Source of the DNA: Gekko japonicus
Lineage: Eukaryota
DNA: 64,000 nt
Direction: 5' to 3'
Assembly (NCBI RefSeq): GCF_001447785.1
Contig: NW_015167545.1
Coordinates: 693,555-757,554, forward strand
Shown: piece after piece, positions 58,799 to 64,000 of the stretch
How positions within the stretch are numbered: the first letter of the stretch is position 1
Layout: every line of letters starts with the position of its first letter
Translations under genes and position numbers: made by a program
The notes under the pieces: generated by a model
Database searches by the model: none
What the model saw: the letters and a program-made list of their open reading frames with translations, nothing else
What the model was told of the DNA's origin: nothing

Positions 58799-60399
58799 CT
58801 GCAGGAGAAGACAGAAGAATTAGAGTCAAATAAGTTTAAAGCTCTACTGTCAGTAGGCATTTTCCCCCACCCAAATTGCACTCCGTTCAGGTTGGAAGGA
58901 AGCAATGGAGATGTGAATGAATTAAAATACTGTTATTTATCTAAAACCTTTTGCTAATGGTAAGAATATAACATTATGCCTAAACTATGAAGTTCATAGT
59001 TCTCCTTTTAAGCTATGAACTCACTTCAGTGGTCTAAGCCATTATTCTGTCAATCTCAGCCCCACCCCATCCCACTCCACTTGATTCTCTGTCATGAAAG
59101 ACAGCTCATCCTGGAAGGAGCAACTGATTTCTCCCTGACTGGCTAAAAGGACATTAAATATCTCTCAGCTTGGAAGGAAAGGGCTAAAGCATTCACTCAG
59201 CCACAGGGAGTAATATTTTGGGAATGGGACAGGAAAAATAAGAAATAGTTAATGTATTTTTAAAGTAGTGAGGATAACTGAAAATACATGATTTATAATA
59301 AATAGCCATTATTCCTAAATTAAAAATATGGGAATTCCAGGATCCCACATGCAACCCACTCAAAAGAACTTCCAAGGCGACTTTCAAACTGTAACTTCCC
59401 AGTGAGCTCTATTCTACGAAAGCTTATGCTAGGAACAAAGACTTATTAGCCTTTAAAACAGCATAAGAGTCTTGTTTAGTTTTGCTGTATCAAGCTCACA
59501 CAACTTCCCCATGAAATTCAAAGTGCCTTAAACACTCCCTGATGTCTTGTTAATTGGTCCAGCAGCACTCACACCGTCTGCATGTAAACAGAAACATTGC
59601 AAGTGCACATTTTTGGACACTCCTTGCACTAAACAGCATCTGGAAATGAAAATGTACAGCTCCCTGCTGCCCCTGTCTTTCTGCACTTTAAAATACACAT
59701 TTTCCCGTAAGCTCATTGTTATTTTATCTTGTCTCTTTTTCTTGAGTAGAAGAGGACCCAGGAGCAGAACCCCTCAGGTGGACAGCCAGGTCATCACTTA
59801 TGCTTGTATTATGCAAGCATAGACCTGCTCCATTTCAGAGACAGTACCAGAAGCTCCCTGCTCTTACCTTAGCTGAGCCATGTAACCACCACCATAAAGC
59901 ATCATTTGGGGATGGAGGAGAAAGACAGCAAGGGAGAGAGAGAGAAATGAAAGAAGCAGGGAAGCTTACAAAAAAAAGAAATATTAAAATCAAGAGTAGA
60001 TCTTTCATTACATGCTAGGGATGAAAAATCAGGTTCTAATAGTGCCACCCTACATAGGGTTATACTCTTCTAAGCCCATTCACTTCATTAGGCTTAGAAG
60101 GGTGTAATTCTGCTTAGGATGGAACAGCAAATGTATAAAATAAGGCTATGGCTGGAGACCATAACTGGACAAAGACAATCGTCACTTACTTGCAACCTCT
60201 GCAACTTACTTTCCCTCTAAGGAGCTAAGACCCGTGTTTTATCCTTACAACCAGTGTTGGATTTACGCACAGGATTCAGTAAACAACACTTCGGGGTCTC
60301 AGATTATGAAGAGTTTTTAAATTTAAAGAAACCTATATTTCAAGTGTTATACATTTCTGGCAATGCCATGGGGCCTCTTAAACTTGACATACTTTAGGG

Positions 60400-61722
60400 T
60401 AGAGGTATCGAACTCATTTGTTACGAGGGCTGGATCTGACATGAATGTCACCTTGTCGGGCCTGGCCATGTGTACCATGAAACGTAGTGCCAGGTACCAG
60501 GGATATAAACTTCATAAAGGAAAGCAGCTGGTAAGCTTTGAGTTGGTGTGTCCTCTTTGCGAGGCCCCCCAGGCTACAATGGGGGGTGCAGAGGAAAACC
60601 CACATGGGCAGACTGGAGAGCCAGCAGTGCAGTGCTGGGCAGACGCCCCCATGCTGCCCAGAAGGGGGGGGAAACCCCTTCCCCAGCCTGCTTCTGCAGC
60701 AAATGCTGTGAGCCCTGGCCCCAGGGGAATGAGGCGAAGTGGCTGGGTGTTGTGAGCTCCCCCCACCCCTGAGCCACAGTGGAAGGGAACTGGGAGGATG
60801 GGTTGAACTAACTTCCTCTGCTTGTTGAAGTGTGTGGGGGGGCCCGCGGCGGCCCAGGTGCGAGGCTGCATGCGTGGCAGAACCCAGGCCGAGCAAAGCC
60901 CAATAAGCCAGAGACTCCCGTGTGGCAACCGCCACCTCTGTCCAGGGCCACCAGGTGATCCATGGAGGTTGATGCCAGGGGTTCAAGCCAAAGATCACTG
61001 GCAAGCCACCCCATCCCCATGCAGCGGCAGCCACCCCAGGCCGAAGGCCACCAGTATGTCCAATGGGGGGCAGGCACCACGGGCACAAGGCCCCGTGTAT
61101 GGCAGAAGCCCCAGGCCACCCAGCAACCGGGAAATCACCGGTACCACCCCCTCCCATGAGGCAGTAGCTGCCTACGGCGGAAGGCTGCCAGGTGGTCCAT
61201 GGGGGAGGGAGGCCTGGCCGTCGTATTGTGTGCTTGGTGGCAGGACTAGGGCCCCGATGTGCAGAAGGAACTGCCAAAAATGCCCCCCCCCCCTGGGCTG
61301 AAGCACAGCCGCTGAATGGGGGTGCATGCAAATATCGCAGTGCTACCTGATAACTGGCCCCGGCAGAGGATCATCTGTGTCACCTCCCCACGCAAACGCT
61401 AATTCCCCGCAGCCATTTGGGGCAGCATCCTTGGAGCTGCAGGCCGAGTGGAGAGGTGAGCGACCCTGCCCTGGAACCCTGAGCTGGTGAGAATGCAGCT
61501 GCGGCAGTCCCGACTTACCACTGAGGCTGCCGCTGAAGTGAAGGGGTTCTGCTTGACTGCTGCAGACGAGGCTGCTCCGCTGCGCTGAAGCCACAATCGG
61601 AGTGGCTCCGCCCCCCCCCCCAGCAGCCTCCTGTTCCCTCCCCCACACCAGTTGCTTGCACGTTAGATAAGAGCCCTGGGTGGGCCAATTCTAGCCCGTA
61701 GGCCTTACGTTTGACACCCCTG
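60400..61722. mobile_element. GC-rich hAT (Charlie-like) non-autonomous element
   Basis: Degenerate TIRs tagaggtatcgaac / gtttgacacccctg, imperfect TSD ctttaggg/cctgaggg. Confidence 0.65.
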
Positions 61723-61845
61723 CCTGAGGGCCTCAGCACGTCTTAATCCGGCCCTGCTCACAACAACGATGGGAGGCAGATAAGCCTGAGAGATGATTTG
61801 TCCAAGTCCTTCATAGCTGTGGCAGAATTTAAACTCGGTATTCCC

Positions 61846-61972
61846 NNNNNNNNNNNNNNNNNNNNNNNNNNNNNNNNNNNNNNNNNNNNNNNNNNNNNNN
61901 NNNNNNNNNNNNNNNNNNNNNNNNNNNNNNNNNNNNNNNNNNNNNNNNNNNNNNNNNNNNNNNNNNNNNNNN
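61846..61972. other. Assembly gap (127 N) overlapping an MRPS17 coding exon
   Basis: Run of n directly abutting the MRPS17 reading frame. Confidence 0.99.
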
Positions 61973-62014
61973 TACGATCCATCGGGCATGGACCGCTCCA
62001 CGTAACGCAGACAT
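61973..62014 (-). CDS. MRPS17: MRPS17 first coding exon, readable part (the rest is in the N gap)
   Basis: MSALRGAVHARWIV matches the MRPS17 N-terminus (VHARWIVG). Pyrimidine tract and ccaatag acceptor just upstream, with the exon starting at 62021. Confidence 0.92.
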
Positions 62015-62289
62015 GCTTCAGCTATTGGGGGGGAAAGAAGAAGGAAAACTCTACATGACTGGTCCTGGCGTCCCATGGCCCTATGAATATTGAGTCTGGG
62101 TGTCAGGAACTGAAGGTACCCATCCAACTGTCACTCCAGCACCTATCAAAACCATAGACTAGCCAGCTTAGCCTGAGCTCATCATCAGAACTTGAAAGTT
62201 AAGCAGGGTTGACCACAGTTAGTACTTGGATGGGAGACCACCAAGGAAGACTGGGGTTGCTAGGCAGAGGAACATCCTGTGGAATAGTA

Positions 62290-62650
62290 AAAGATCCCAC
62301 AGGGCCCTTATGTCACGCGGAAGCATGTTCCACCAGGCTGGGGCCAGGGCAGAAAAAGCCCTGGTCAAGGCTTAACGCAGGGCTATTTTTGGGCAGGAAC
62401 GCACAGGAACAGAGTTCCGGCTGGCTTCAGAGTTGGCCACGGCCACTAAAGCCAAAACCTCTGTGTGCGTCACTACAGAGGGAAGGCCTGAAGAGCGACA
62501 CCTCCCCAGTGACTCCGAGGCAGGCAGGCTCTCCAGGCCACATATGGGGAGAGGCGGTTCCTTAGGTATGTCGGTCCCAGGCCACGCAAGGCTCTGAAGG
62601 CCAGGATTCTTGGTAGTCGCAGCCATTTGGCACTGGGTGACCCTGAGGTC
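62290..62650 (-). mobile_element. L2 LINE fragment containing a partial family A MITE end (62378-62445)
   Basis: Minus strand ILAFRALRGLGPTYLRNRLSPY, an L2 ORF2 C-terminal motif. Confidence 0.7.
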
Positions 62651-64000
62651 TCTTCCTTTGATTTCTGTGTAATTGTAAGAATACTGCAACGAGGGCAAAC
62701 CCTCTCAAGAAAGCTGGTGGGCATGACTTGCAAAACAGATTAATTCAGTTTCCCCTGGATGTTCTGAGGAAGGTCTTGATTGGCTGCTGAGGTCTTGAGA
62801 AGTTTCACCAAAATGCAGGACTTTCGCTTTTAGTGAAATCAGTCCAAAAAACAGTCATTCGCTGGGTCACCTCCAGGAAGGAAGAATCTTTCTAAGGCAA
62901 CCGCATAAAGACTTTTTACAAAACTTGGCACTCACGCACAGGCAGGCTGATACAAGTTTGGTTTGCAAGGCACGTTCTTGAAGGGGGGTAATTTGGTGGC
63001 AGGGATATTATGTTTTCCCAGTGCACTATCATGATGATGGACTAAGAGCCAATGCTCCTGTAATGGCACATGAGTCATGTAAGCACCATAGCTAAAGGAA
63101 CCCTCCCAAAACAAACATCTCCAATTTAAAAACAAGTTACTCCGGAGCAACTAGTCTGCCTTGACTCTTGAACAGATGCAATGGGCTCAGAGGCTGAAAC
63201 TCTCATAAATACTGGTTTTGCTTTCCATTTAGAAAGCCAGCTTATACACTGGTTTGAGTGTTGGACAGGAGCGAGGAGACCTACCTCAGTCATCCCTATA
63301 GCTCACTGGGTGACCTCAGGCCAATTACTTGCTCTCTCTCGACCTACCTCGCAGGGTTGTTGCCAGGATAAAATGGGAGAGGGGGAAAACCGTTTAAGCC
63401 ACCCTGCTGTCCTTGGAGGAAGCTCAAGGTATGAATGTGGTAACCAGAATTACCAAAGCTATTTAAGAATATGAACCAGCAGGAGGGCAGTGCCAGAGGA
63501 AGGAAGATTCAGTTAGTCACAATAACAAGGGAGCAATGAGGGAAATCCGACTAGCTTCCTCCATTTCTATTTTTTGGGGGTTAAATGCTTTTTACAATAC
63601 AGAATCTTAAAGTTAGAATGCTGGTACTATGCCATGGTATTAACACTGACCAATCCCAGCAGCACTTAATAAAGTTAGCTCTGGGACGTTATTCTGTACA
63701 AGAGACCTCAATGGCTCAGATTTTCTCTGGAGAGATACTGTTAATGCAATTCGCTTTCCATCTATTTTAGGGAAACAATGGAAATGCAAACATTGATACT
63801 TACACCCTACCGCTAGTGCACTTTGACCACATATGCAGGACCCCAGCAACTCTATGCCAATAATTTATTTCCATGATCATCTTAAAAATACACATTGCAT
63901 TAAAAGAGACCAAAAGATTCAGAGGTTAAATTGTCCTCAGCTCAATGGAAATTCCCTGCAACTCCAATCTTCCACTCAAAAGGTTTCCCAGCAGAGCCCT

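Noticed and set aside
60414-61331. 305-aa ORF on the minus strand, the longest in the ORF track
   Set aside because: Lies wholly within a GC-rich TIR-bounded element. It is Pro/Gly/Ala/Trp-rich with no recognisable domain or transposase motif, and overlapping frames are also open, as expected from GC content.

Overview
Vertebrate genomic DNA from a squamate reptile, probably a gecko. That call is an inference from the repeat content: Sauria SINE, Squam2/Squam3-type SINEs, 5S-derived SINEs, RTE-BovB, CR1, L2, L1, Penelope-like remnants and many hAT/Harbinger-type MITEs. The window holds the conserved CCT6A-PSPH-NIPSNAP2(GBAS)-MRPS17 block. CCT6A exon 1 (-) is head-to-head with PSPH. PSPH (+) is complete: 5 coding exons, 226 aa. 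NIPSNAP2 (-) is complete: 10 exons, 285 aa. MRPS17 (-) has its first coding exon partly lost in an N gap. All readable splice junctions are GT-AG and in phase. The most striking observation is a hAT transposon inserted 2 nt inside PSPH coding exon 4. Its 8-bp TSD duplicates the splice acceptor, and the ancestral acceptor is stranded about 730 bp upstream in front of an immediate stop codon. That stranded acceptor lies in the loop between two inverted MITE copies. Also found: TSD-flanked 3'-truncated 7SK and U2 retrocopies, hammerhead-ribozyme-like relics in Penelope-type palindromes, a C/EBP-ATF4 motif cluster upstream of the PSPH coding exons, MITE families carrying POU/KLF-like motif arrays, and several long inverted repeats. 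No novel protein-coding system is evident. Family names and reference sequences are from recall, not database searches, and all functional claims are hypotheses.
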